Source: a virus
Direction: 5' to 3' (one strand)
IMG/VR virus record: IMGVR_UViG_3300009059_000716
Coordinates: 30,823-94,822 of that record
Length of the DNA stretch: 64,000 bases
Below the pieces are notes generated by a model. The model made no database searches and was not told the origin of the DNA. It saw only the letters and a list, made by a program, of their open reading frames with translations. A program made the position numbers and the translations under genes. Position 1 is the first letter of the stretch. The number at the start of each line of letters is the position of its first letter. This document shows positions 38,046 to 45,793 of this stretch, piece after piece.

Positions 38046-38429
38046 ATGCAAAATTACATTACAGTTTACGATTCATTAGACGCACCAGACACTTCTGGTT
38101 CAAGTTTAAAAGGACATTTAGGTTACGGCATTACTTACGGTATGTTAATTGAGTATTTAGGATTACCAACTTACCTTCCGGAAGATTCAGGAGACGGTAA
38201 AGTAAACTTTCAATGGGTAATAGAATTTGAAACTGCTAATGGAGGAACAAAAGTATTCTATATTTACGATTGGAAAACTGAATCTCCAGAATGGTCAAGA
38301 CTGAATACTGGAACTAAAGAACAAGCTTCAGAATGGTTTGGAGGTTCAAGATGGCATGTAGGAGGTAAAACTTATGCTGGAGACTTTATCGATTTTATCG
38401 AAAAAGAAATTAAGGAATTAGTTGCCTAA
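38046..38429 (+). CDS. Hypothetical early protein
   Basis: GDGKV..W..IYDWK..WHVGG. Confidence 0.7.
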   Translation: MQNYITVYDSLDAPDTSGSSLKGHLGYGITYGMLIEYLGLPTYLPEDSGDGKVNFQWVIEFETANGGTKVFYIYDWKTESPEWSRLNTGTKEQASEWFGGSRWHVGGKTYAGDFIDFIEKEIKELVA

Positions 38430-38452
38430 TAGAAATATTCTTCTTATATTAA
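38421..38452 (+). promoter_or_regulatory. Phage early promoter cassette
   Basis: GTTG-N20-TATATTAA. Confidence 0.8.
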
Positions 38453-38475
38453 GGTATAATTAAAAAATAAAGGTT

Positions 38476-38826
38476 ATGTTAAAAAATGTATTAGTAGTAT
38501 TAGGATTAACAGTTTTAGCTTCATGTAATAGCGGGTTAAAGGTAGAAGATGAATATGGTTTTAATGAGAAAGATAAAACATATTTAATAAACGAACTTAA
38601 AAGACTCGTAATAGAAGATGTTGAATCAGAAACCGATTTAATATTTACTGAAATCTCCATTCAGCCTACTTATGGTAAAATGAAAGATGATGGTAGATTT
38701 ATTGTTAATGGAAGTATATTCTATTCAATAGGTCCGTCAAATTATTTACAACCATTTATTGGTGAAGTGGACGGAACTATCCATTTAGCAGGTGCTGCTG
38801 TTAATGCAGACTTTTTTAAAAAATAG
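38476..38826 (+). CDS. Lipoprotein
   Basis: VLAS-C lipobox. Confidence 0.7.
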   Translation: MLKNVLVVLGLTVLASCNSGLKVEDEYGFNEKDKTYLINELKRLVIEDVESETDLIFTEISIQPTYGKMKDDGRFIVNGSIFYSIGPSNYLQPFIGEVDGTIHLAGAAVNADFFKK

Positions 38827-38857
38827 TTGTCTAATAGAAATATTCTTCTTATATTAA
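38826..38857 (+). promoter_or_regulatory. Phage early promoter cassette
   Basis: GTTG-N20-TATATTAA; spacer nearly identical to the 38421 copy. Confidence 0.8.
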
Positions 38858-38882
38858 GGTATAATTAAAAAGGTAAAAGGTT

Positions 38883-39677
38883 ATGACACGTACAGAAATT
38901 TTAAAGATTAGATTAGACGAGCTTAGTAATGAAAATACCAAGCTTGATGCTAGAGTAAGAAACTTGTATATTAGAAGACAGAAAGAACTTATTAATGTCT
39001 TAAGAGACTGGTTTATTCCTTTCAATATAGAAGATCAAGATGTTACTTTCAACTTTACTGAGTATAGAGTTGAGGTATTGAAAAAACAAAAAGAAGAAAA
39101 TAAGGCCATCTTCTGGTTTAAATTGAGAGAAGAGTGGAACGATAAAACTACTTTTACTGGATTTGAACTAAATAGTTATTATGGAGGAGCGATAATTAGC
39201 GATGATACTGTTACAACAATGATATTAACTGCTAAATGGAGTCAGTTTGTATTAGATTATCAAGATGATATTATTGCCGAACTTAATATGGTTCAAGAGA
39301 GATATGAAAAGTATATAACTATACTAAGAGATAAACAATATGAGTTGAAAAAGTCTATCAATCAACAGCAATCAGATATTAATGAGTTGAGAAAAGAAGA
39401 GATCTTATCTAAACTAACTACTGAAGGAATAGAGTTAGATACAAATAAGAAAGAGAATAAGGATTCATATCTTCCATCTTTAGAAGTAAAGTTTGATTGG
39501 ACTTTAAGATCAGTTAAAGCGTTAAAAGTTTTGAGAATGACTACTTCTAAAAAGTCAGCTGATGTTGAAGTTACAACAAGAGATTGGCAAGGAGGTTTAC
39601 ACAAAACAATAGTAGAAAGAGTCAGAATGGATAATATTTTAGGCTTTGTAAGATACAATGAGGATATAATAATTTAA
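38883..39677 (+). CDS. Coiled-coil hypothetical protein
   Basis: Own promoter cassette. Confidence 0.7.
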   Translation: MTRTEILKIRLDELSNENTKLDARVRNLYIRRQKELINVLRDWFIPFNIEDQDVTFNFTEYRVEVLKKQKEENKAIFWFKLREEWNDKTTFTGFELNSYYGGAIISDDTVTTMILTAKWSQFVLDYQDDIIAELNMVQERYEKYITILRDKQYELKKSINQQQSDINELRKEEILSKLTTEGIELDTNKKENKDSYLPSLEVKFDWTLRSVKALKVLRMTTSKKSADVEVTTRDWQGGLHKTIVERVRMDNILGFVRYNEDIII

Positions 39678-39680
39678 GTT

Positions 39681-39947
39681 ATGGTAGAAATATTTCCAGC
39701 ATATAGAAAAGCAATTAAAGTTATAGAATCTAGTGAAACATTACAACATTTGGAAGGTGCTAGAAAGTTTATTAATAACTTCTTCAGAGCTTATTCAATT
39801 CCTTACGAAGTCAGAAAAAGAAAGTTTGGTTGGGAGAACTTAAATAGTGAAACAAAAGTTGAAATAAGACAGCCTAATACGCTAGCAGCACATATGTATG
39901 AAGAACTGTTAATCATACTTGAAACAAAAGAAGCTAAATTTCAATGA
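39681..39947 (+). CDS. Hypothetical protein
   Basis: gttATG start. Confidence 0.65.
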   Translation: MVEIFPAYRKAIKVIESSETLQHLEGARKFINNFFRAYSIPYEVRKRKFGWENLNSETKVEIRQPNTLAAHMYEELLIILETKEAKFQ

Positions 39948-40066
39948 GGGCACTAGCAAGACCAACCAGACTAAAATTATCACACAATCCTACTTCTCTA
40001 CTGATTGTTTCAATACAGAAGAAGTTAAGAAGAGAGAAGAGGAAGAAAGCTTATAGGATGTCATAA
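39944..40066 (+). CDS. 40-aa Arg/Lys-rich peptide (not in ORF track)
   Basis: ATGA coupling; MRALARPTRLKLSHNPTSLLIVSIQKKLRREKRKKAYRMS. Confidence 0.45.
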   Translation: MRALARPTRLKLSHNPTSLLIVSIQKKLRREKRKKAYRMS

Positions 40067-40100
40067 CCCCTATATTATGTTTTTAATTATTATTAGAAGA

Positions 40101-40133
40101 GCCGGTAGACGTCATAACCCTACCGGTTTTTTT
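40101..40133 (+). terminator. Intrinsic terminator
   Basis: CCGGTAG-11 nt loop-CTACCGG followed by T7. Confidence 0.75.
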
Positions 40134-40155
40134 ATTGAAAATAATTAACAAAAGA

Positions 40156-40187
40156 GTAGGTTCGTATTGTTATTCTTCTTATATTAA
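40156..40187 (+). promoter_or_regulatory. Phage early promoter cassette
   Basis: GTAG-N20-TATATTAA. Confidence 0.8.
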
Positions 40188-40213
40188 GGTATAGAAATTA
40201 AAAGATAAAGGTT

Positions 40214-40516
40214 ATGACAATTACAGCAATTAAAAAAGAAAACTTCAAAGCAGTTAAAGACTTATTAATCAAGAAGTACAACGCTTACAACATCGAAAAT
40301 GAAGGTAACTACTTTCATATGTTTATCGATTTTGAAGATGAAACTCTACAATGTGAATTAACAAGAGATTGTTCATTCGGAAGCTGGGATGCAACTAAAC
40401 TTTCAGGTGAGGGATGGACACAAGAAGAGATAGCTAAACAAGCAGCTGCTGAAAGATTAGAAAATGAAGTTTATGCTGATATGAAAAAAATAACTAAAGA
40501 AATAGTTTCTAGTTAG
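40214..40516 (+). CDS. Hypothetical early protein
   Basis: Own promoter cassette. Confidence 0.7.
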   Translation: MTITAIKKENFKAVKDLLIKKYNAYNIENEGNYFHMFIDFEDETLQCELTRDCSFGSWDATKLSGEGWTQEEIAKQAAAERLENEVYADMKKITKEIVSS

Positions 40517-40536
40517 AAATATTATTCTTATATTTA
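40505..40536 (+). promoter_or_regulatory. Phage early promoter cassette
   Basis: GTTT-N20-TATATTTA-GGTATAAT. Confidence 0.65.
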
Positions 40537-40537
40537 G

Positions 40538-40666
40538 GTATAATAGTTGGGGTAAGTATATCGGTATGGAGCAAGTCCGATGTTAAAGAGTCCCTAGAGA
40601 GTAATTGGCTGAAATCATCCTAACCCTACCAGAAGTTAGGTTTCAACTCACTACCCAACATTATAC
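40538..40666 (+). ncRNA. Candidate ~130-nt multi-branched small RNA/leader
   Basis: Basal stem GTATAAT.GTTGGG.TA / TACCCAAC.ATTATAC; inner stems ATCGG/CCGAT, GAGT/ACTC, TGAAA/TTTCA, CCTAAC/GTTAGG; then T6. Confidence 0.5.
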
Positions 40667-40692
40667 TTTTTTAAACTAAACAAATAAAGGTT

Positions 40693-40815
40693 ATGATTGA
40701 AACAAGAGAACTACTTAGAGAAGAATTAAGATTACTACTTGACGGTACAAACAATGTAGCGGAGACAGTAGAAGAGATCATCGCACACATCAGATGGAGA
40801 GAAGATAATTTATAA
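40693..40815 (+). CDS. 40-aa hypothetical peptide (not in ORF track)
   Basis: aaataaaggttATG leader; MIETRELLREELRLLLDG... Confidence 0.6.
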   Translation: MIETRELLREELRLLLDGTNNVAETVEEIIAHIRWREDNL

Positions 40816-40835
40816 TTCTAAAACAAATAAAAGTT

Positions 40836-41066
40836 ATGGCAACAGGATACAATTCAGTAATTAAGATCGAATGTATAAAAGGTTTCATTCCGGAAGGAGG
40901 AGATCTAGTAATAATGAAAGGAGATAGATTCTATCAATCTTCAGACTTCAGCGATGATTGGATTGGAGAGGTAGATGGAAGAATGGAAGGAATGATTATA
41001 TCTTTCTACACAGAACAACTAGCAAATAACTTTCAATTTGTAGGTAGAAAAATCTCCTTATATTAG
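40836..41066 (+). CDS. Hypothetical early protein
   Basis: aaagttATG. Confidence 0.65.
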   Translation: MATGYNSVIKIECIKGFIPEGGDLVIMKGDRFYQSSDFSDDWIGEVDGRMEGMIISFYTEQLANNFQFVGRKISLY

Positions 41067-41097
41067 TAGGTTCGTATTGATATTCTTCTTATATTAA
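41066..41097 (+). promoter_or_regulatory. Phage early promoter cassette
   Basis: GTAG-N20-TATATTAA. Confidence 0.8.
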
Positions 41098-41122
41098 GGT
41101 ATAGAAATTAAAAATAAAGGTT

Positions 41123-41629
41123 ATGACAATTCAAAACGTATTATCATTAGAGAATTTAGTAGATGTTCAAGCGGTATTATCTGCAGCAACAAGAAGGGTA
41201 ATTGAGTTAAAAAATAACTTACCATCCTTTCCGGAAGTTAAAAAGCAGGCTGTTACTTTGAAGAAAGAGTTCAGAGCTTTAGTAAACGACGATTCTAAAT
41301 ACTATAATGACGATTTGACTGGCCGTGTTGAGATGATGAAGAATGAAGACGGGTCTAGATATTATGAAGGTTCGTTTAAAGTTATACCTTCAACAGGTCA
41401 AGAAGGAGTATATGATGAGGATTTGGGTTCACTTGCCGGACAGCCTAGATATGGATACAAATTTCAACTTGATTCTCCAGACCAGACATTAGAGATTGTT
41501 AATAAAGTATTACCAAAAGGATGGACTACAGAAGTTAAAATCGATAAGGGCTTAGTTCATGAAGGTGACGATTTAGTACCTTATTCTTCTTATTTAGTAA
41601 GTGTAAAATCTCCAAACTTTTTTAAGTAA
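41123..41629 (+). CDS. Hypothetical early protein
   Basis: Own promoter cassette. Confidence 0.7.
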   Translation: MTIQNVLSLENLVDVQAVLSAATRRVIELKNNLPSFPEVKKQAVTLKKEFRALVNDDSKYYNDDLTGRVEMMKNEDGSRYYEGSFKVIPSTGQEGVYDEDLGSLAGQPRYGYKFQLDSPDQTLEIVNKVLPKGWTTEVKIDKGLVHEGDDLVPYSSYLVSVKSPNFFK

Positions 41630-41632
41630 ATA

Positions 41633-41664
41633 GTTGTTTCGTATTGATATTCTTCTTATATTAA
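41633..41664 (+). promoter_or_regulatory. Phage early promoter cassette
   Basis: GTTG-N20-TATATTAA. Confidence 0.8.
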
Positions 41665-41689
41665 GGTATAATTAAAAACAATAAGAGTT

Positions 41690-42202
41690 ATGGCAAATTA
41701 TTTATCAGTAAACAAAAAGTATTCATCGTTTAATTCTCAACTTGCTCAGTCAGAAAAGAATGACTGCTTTGTAAGAGCGTTAGCTGTTGCAGGTGAAACA
41801 GATTATCAAACAGCTCATCAAATAGCTAAAGATGTATTTGGAAGAAGAGAGAAGAAAGGAACTTTAGGTTATATGATTCACTCTGCATTCTTAAAAGCAG
41901 AAGCTGCAGGAATGATGTTAGGAGGTAAAAAGCTTGAGGTAGCGGTATTAGGTAGAAGAGATACCAAAAATAGATATAAGGTTAAAGGAGAAGTAATTTG
42001 GAGACAAAAGACTCTAAAAAGCTTTATCGAATCTCATCCAGTAGGAAATTATATCGTTACAGTTGCCGGACATGCATTAGCAGTAATAGATGGAGAGTTA
42101 GCAGATTGGTCTAAAGAAGGATTCAAACCTACTCGTAAAGTTCAAGCAGCTTATAGAGTTCATCCTCAACAAATAGCATCTCAATTAAGTCTATTTGAAT
42201 AG
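41690..42202 (+). CDS. Hypothetical protein with possible papain-like Cys/His/Asp arrangement
   Basis: NDCFVRALA...GHALAVIDG..D. Confidence 0.55.
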   Translation: MANYLSVNKKYSSFNSQLAQSEKNDCFVRALAVAGETDYQTAHQIAKDVFGRREKKGTLGYMIHSAFLKAEAAGMMLGGKKLEVAVLGRRDTKNRYKVKGEVIWRQKTLKSFIESHPVGNYIVTVAGHALAVIDGELADWSKEGFKPTRKVQAAYRVHPQQIASQLSLFE

Positions 42203-42221
42203 GAAAATAAATGGGGAAAGG

Positions 42222-42253
42222 GTTGCTAGATCGATCCTTTCTTCTTATATTTA
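42222..42253 (+). promoter_or_regulatory. Phage early promoter overlapped by a stem-loop (42213-42244)
   Basis: GTTG-N20-TATATTTA within GGGGAAAGGGTTG/CGATCCTTTCTTC. Confidence 0.7.
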
Positions 42254-42281
42254 GGTATAATAATTAAAACAAATCATTTTT

Positions 42282-42500
42282 ATGTTCTACCAAATTAAAA
42301 ACACCTCAAAATTAAAATTTAATTTAATTGCTGTGAATTCAAAAAGCAAAATCTTTAACGCTATAAAAGAAGCTGGTTGGGTTGCATCTGAATGCAAAAT
42401 AATTGCAATGGATGATTCATTAAAAAATACATTCACAAATATTAAAACTGGCAATCGCAATAAAAAAGGACGCCAATTTGCAATGAGAGCGGGGGTTTAA
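42282..42500 (+). CDS. Basic hypothetical protein
   Basis: Own promoter. Confidence 0.6.
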   Translation: MFYQIKNTSKLKFNLIAVNSKSKIFNAIKEAGWVASECKIIAMDDSLKNTFTNIKTGNRNKKGRQFAMRAGV

Positions 42501-42516
42501 AAAACCTCAAATAGTA

Positions 42517-42548
42517 GTAGGTTTGTATTAATATTCTTCTTATCATAA
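42517..42548 (+). promoter_or_regulatory. Variant early promoter
   Basis: GTAG-N20-TATCATAA-TGTATAGAAATT. Confidence 0.6.
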
Positions 42549-42573
42549 TGTATAGAAATTAAAAATAGAGGTT

Positions 42574-42765
42574 ATGAGAGATTCAATCGCATTTAGTTCA
42601 AAGCATTTAAACCATGAGCGTATTGCTCAAGAGATCTTCGAAACATTCAACATTCGAGAGATAGGATTTGGTATCGTTAGATTTAAACTCAATCAGATGG
42701 GAATTACTGATGTAGAAGACATAAAAAAAGTTACGGATTTAGTTATGAAAAAGTTGGACGTCTGA
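42574..42765 (+). CDS. Hypothetical early protein
   Basis: gaggttATG. Confidence 0.65.
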   Translation: MRDSIAFSSKHLNHERIAQEIFETFNIREIGFGIVRFKLNQMGITDVEDIKKVTDLVMKKLDV

Positions 42766-42784
42766 GTTATTCTTCGTAAATTAA
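42753..42784 (+). promoter_or_regulatory. Variant early promoter
   Basis: GTTG-N20-TAAATTAA-GGTATAGAAATT. Confidence 0.65.
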
Positions 42785-42809
42785 GGTATAGAAATTAAAA
42801 ATAAAGGTT

Positions 42810-43130
42810 ATGACGATTCAAGATCAAGCAAAGCAATTAAAGAACGACGTTAAGCAATTTATTAATGGAGGATATGTTTGGATGCACAAAAGAAAGGCTG
42901 CCAAATGGACAGGTGGAGGAGAGTATTATGTAGTTGCTTTCCAAACATTAGAGAAGGAGAACAAAGAAGAGGACTTAATTACTCTACAATCATTAATACT
43001 TCCAGAAGGTTGGGTTGCATATTGGACAGGTTTCAGAATTGAACTTTATAAGAGAATAGGAGAAGGAGATTTACAGTTGGATGATATACAATATAAACAT
43101 TTTACATTAGAATTCGAAAAATTACAATAA
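42810..43130 (+). CDS. Hypothetical early protein
   Basis: Own promoter cassette. Confidence 0.7.
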   Translation: MTIQDQAKQLKNDVKQFINGGYVWMHKRKAAKWTGGGEYYVVAFQTLEKENKEEDLITLQSLILPEGWVAYWTGFRIELYKRIGEGDLQLDDIQYKHFTLEFEKLQ

Positions 43131-43194
43131 GAGTAGAAAGGGGAATGGCGTTTTTCTCTCCCCGACGAAGTCGCCACGCGCATTTTTAACGAAA
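43131..43194 (+). repeat. CpG-rich structured element copy A (core CGAAGTCGCCACG)
   Basis: Similar to 44442-44500; CGAC-GAA-GTCG triloop hairpin. Confidence 0.6.
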
Positions 43195-43210
43195 CTTTTC
43201 TTTAAATAAA

Positions 43211-43242
43211 GTTGGTTCGTATTAGATTTCTTCTTATATTAA
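43211..43242 (+). promoter_or_regulatory. Phage early promoter cassette
   Basis: GTTG-N20-TATATTAA. Confidence 0.8.
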
Positions 43243-43267
43243 GGTATAGAAATTAAAAATAAAGGTT

Positions 43268-43522
43268 ATGACTTATTACACAGCATTAGTTTTAGTTGAA
43301 AGAAAGAACGCTTTTACAAACCGTATAAATAAGGTTAAAGAAAAATACGTAGTAGAAGCTAAATACGATTCAGAAGTAGAATCAAAAGTACTTTCTTATT
43401 TTGAAAATGGTGGAGGGGTATGGAACACGACAATGAAAGATGGTTCGGTAGTTAATGTATCAGGTAATGTTCTTAGTGTTTTAAGTATTACTCGCACTAC
43501 AGTTGAAGGAGTAATAGTATAA
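43268..43522 (+). CDS. Hypothetical early protein
   Basis: Own promoter cassette. Confidence 0.7.
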   Translation: MTYYTALVLVERKNAFTNRINKVKEKYVVEAKYDSEVESKVLSYFENGGGVWNTTMKDGSVVNVSGNVLSVLSITRTTVEGVIV

Positions 43523-43537
43523 ATTAAAATAAAGGTT

Positions 43538-43813
43538 ATGAGTAAATTTAAAACATTCGAAGACATTACTTGGAAAGCACACCAACTTGGAAAAGGTGCA
43601 ATTCAAGGATTATTAATGCTAGATAATGGCATAGAATTATCTATTGTAGCAGGACAGGGGATGTATAGCACACCCCGTGAAGATTTAGGTTCACCCGATT
43701 TACACTCATCATTTGAAGTTGCAATATTTGATAAAAAGGGTGATATGGTTGATGATGTGTTAGGGTGGCAATCGAGAGAGGATATAAATAACTTAATTCA
43801 AATACATTCCTAA
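43538..43813 (+). CDS. Hypothetical early protein
   Basis: aaataaaggttATG; NG..LSIV..YS..FEVAI..V.GW. Confidence 0.7.
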   Translation: MSKFKTFEDITWKAHQLGKGAIQGLLMLDNGIELSIVAGQGMYSTPREDLGSPDLHSSFEVAIFDKKGDMVDDVLGWQSREDINNLIQIHS

Positions 43814-43835
43814 AGTATAATACAAAATAAAGGTC

Positions 43836-44021
43836 ATGCCAAAGAAGAAATTAGCATTAGATTCAGAATCACATTTACATTTATTAACTCATTTGTTTGA
43901 TATCGAAGCGATGATTGAACCGGGTGAAGATATAATGCTTGATAGAGCATTAGAGAAACTAATTGAAGAGGTTAGGTTTTCGGATATAATTGTCTCATAT
44001 AAACTAATGAAAGATGAGTAG
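43836..44021 (+). CDS. Hypothetical protein
   Basis: aaaggtcATG. Confidence 0.6.
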   Translation: MPKKKLALDSESHLHLLTHLFDIEAMIEPGEDIMLDRALEKLIEEVRFSDIIVSYKLMKDE

Positions 44022-44154
44022 AAGTTATTGGGGATGTGAAATGGAATCTCCTATCTATCGAGAGGTAGCAGAAGAGATGAGGTTGAAGAAGGAACCATAT
44101 AGTCTTCAGAGTAATGAAAAGACTAAGAGAGGTAAGAAGAGTAATAAAGTCTAA
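44014..44154 (+). CDS. 46-aa hypothetical peptide (not in ORF track)
   Basis: Overlaps upstream stop; MSRSYWGCEMESPIYREVAEEMRLKK... Confidence 0.45.
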   Translation: MSRSYWGCEMESPIYREVAEEMRLKKEPYSLQSNEKTKRGKKSNKV

Positions 44155-44170
44155 CATTAATAAAACGTTT

Positions 44171-44371
44171 ATGAAAGAAGGTAGTTACGAAGAAGTAAAG
44201 TATGGAGATGAGACATTTAAAATAGATAAGTCGACAGGTAAGATTGAGACGAACTATACAATGAAGAACTCTCAAGGAAGGACAATAAAGCAAGAAGAGG
44301 ATAGTGCTAAGATAATAGGCATTGCTATAATAGCTTTGATTGTATTAGGAATCGTTTTAGTATTTGTATAA
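44171..44371 (+). CDS. Small protein with C-terminal TM helix
   Basis: IIGIAIIALIVLGIVLVFV; ATG at 44171 avoids overlap. Confidence 0.55.
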   Translation: MKEGSYEEVKYGDETFKIDKSTGKIETNYTMKNSQGRTIKQEEDSAKIIGIAIIALIVLGIVLVFV

Positions 44372-44441
44372 GATGGATGATGAAAGGATTTACAAAGCGA
44401 TAGAAGATTCTATTTTAGAGGAGTGGAAGAGGACGGAGTTG

Positions 44442-44500
44442 GAGTGAGGGGGCGCTTTCCTCTCTCGACAACGAAGTTGTCACGCGCATATTTCACGAAA
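44442..44500 (+). repeat. CpG-rich structured element copy B (core CGAAGTTGTCACG)
   Basis: GACAAC-GAA-GTTGTC triloop hairpin then CACGCGCATATTTCACGAAA. Confidence 0.6.
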
Positions 44501-44735
44501 GGTCCTACCATCCTTCCTTACATTCTACAATAAGGACAAATATGTGATAACAAGCAAAGCTTGTCTCTGAGGTAGTTAGTGATTTGGGTGAACACTTCAT
44601 ATTAAACCCTAACGAACCTATAAGAGAGATAAGGATACATATGGTAGATAGAGGGTAAATGGCTTATTTCTACTTAAGTATAGAACATATTGTAAGTGTA
44701 TAGATAATACCTAATGGAGACAACGCTATATGGGG

Positions 44736-44805
44736 TTAAAGACATCTAAAGATTATCTATAGAAACCTAAAGACAACTAAAGAAGAACTAAAGATTCTAT
44801 ATAGA
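44736..44805. repeat. Helically phased CTAWAGA heptamer array (7 copies)
   Basis: Starts at 44736, 44746, 44757, 44767, 44777, 44788, 44799 (mean spacing 10.5 bp); first and last copies differ at position 1. Confidence 0.75.
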
Positions 44806-44927
44806 TCAATAGGAATAGAGTGTGTAGAATAATGAAGGCTTGTGAATGGAATGAGATATATAAAGTACAGGCGTGTGCCTCCCTCCCTTCCCTTTTCAAA
44901 ATTCTATAGAAAATATATGGTCAAATA

Positions 44928-44959
44928 GTTGCCGGCCTGCCATATTCTTCTTATATTAA
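44928..44959 (+). promoter_or_regulatory. Phage early promoter cassette
   Basis: GTTG-N20-TATATTAA. Confidence 0.8.
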
Positions 44960-44983
44960 GGTATAATTAAAAAGATAAAGGTT

Positions 44984-45337
44984 ATGACTTATTCAGAGAG
45001 AGTAAAAGCAGCTAAGACAATCATCAACGCAGTTAAGGTATTAAAGGACAAAGAGTACATCGTTGTAACTTATGGTACAGATTACAATAACGTACCTCAG
45101 GAGTATAGGATTTCTTGCAGCATATACAAAGAGGGTAAGCCTTCTTATAGCATTTACCGTAATGAGGTATGGGCTTTAGGTGGTATGAACATAGAGTCAT
45201 TTACCAATACATTGGCTAAGGCTTATACTTACGATATGATGAGACAGAGAACTGCTTATAACTTTCCATTGTGTGAGATGGTATTAGTAGAAGAGCCTTT
45301 TAAAGAACAAGTTAATACTAGTGAGTGGGGTATCTAA
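44984..45337 (+). CDS. Hypothetical early protein
   Basis: Own promoter cassette. Confidence 0.7.
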   Translation: MTYSERVKAAKTIINAVKVLKDKEYIVVTYGTDYNNVPQEYRISCSIYKEGKPSYSIYRNEVWALGGMNIESFTNTLAKAYTYDMMRQRTAYNFPLCEMVLVEEPFKEQVNTSEWGI

Positions 45338-45362
45338 AGAGAATCTAAAGAGAGTCTATAGA
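45333..45362. repeat. Triple TCTAWAGA repeat, copy 1
   Basis: TCTAAAGA-gaa-TCTAAAGA-gag-TCTATAGA (11-bp period). Confidence 0.75.
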
Positions 45363-45622
45363 TGAAAGAAAGAATAACTATACAAATAGATAGAGAGGTA
45401 GCTGAGACCATAAAGGAGTTATATCCAGATATGTCTTATACAGTAGCTCTAAGGCTATTACTTGATACATCTAAAGAGAGTCTAAAGAAAGTCTATAGAC
45501 CTCCTACCATACATACGCCTACTACAGACAATATGGCTAGTCTAGATGATATAAAGGAATTAAAGGATAAGTTCTCTTCTGTACTGGACAACCTAATCAA
45601 AAAGAATAAGTTAAAGGTATAA
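45362..45622 (+). CDS. Ribbon-helix-helix-like DNA-binding protein
   Basis: RITIQID strand, EVAETIKEL helix, SYTVALRLLL helix. Confidence 0.55.
   Translation: MKERITIQIDREVAETIKELYPDMSYTVALRLLLDTSKESLKKVYRPPTIHTPTTDNMASLDDIKELKDKFSSVLDNLIKKNKLKV
45470..45499. repeat. Triple TCTAWAGA repeat, copy 2 (inside the RHH-like gene)
   Basis: TCTAAAGA-gag-TCTAAAGA-aag-TCTATAGA. Confidence 0.75.
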
Positions 45623-45793
45623 GAGAGATTCCGGAAATTAGTAGGGTAGGTTTATATCACCTTGATGGCACCTTGCTATAACACTGCCAGTATAGTTCCC
45701 TAAGAGGTTGGGCATCGGCTCGGCTGCGCCATACCTGGTTTCATATTTCTGATGATTTTTCACTATATAGGGTTATATATATTTATATATTGT

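Noticed and set aside
40560-40600. Pistol or hammerhead ribozyme in the 40538 element
   Set aside because: No loop/pseudoknot complement for pistol and no CUGAnGA core for hammerhead; kept only as an unknown structured RNA
31511-44986. Regularly recurring ~55-bp repeats as a CRISPR array or integron attC sites
   Set aside because: Repeats are separated by whole genes of variable length, are not palindromic, and have promoter plus start-codon architecture
45676-45716. TAACACTGCCA...TCCCTAAG resembles part of a twister ribozyme
   Set aside because: The required P2/P4 partners and pseudoknot complements could not be found by eye
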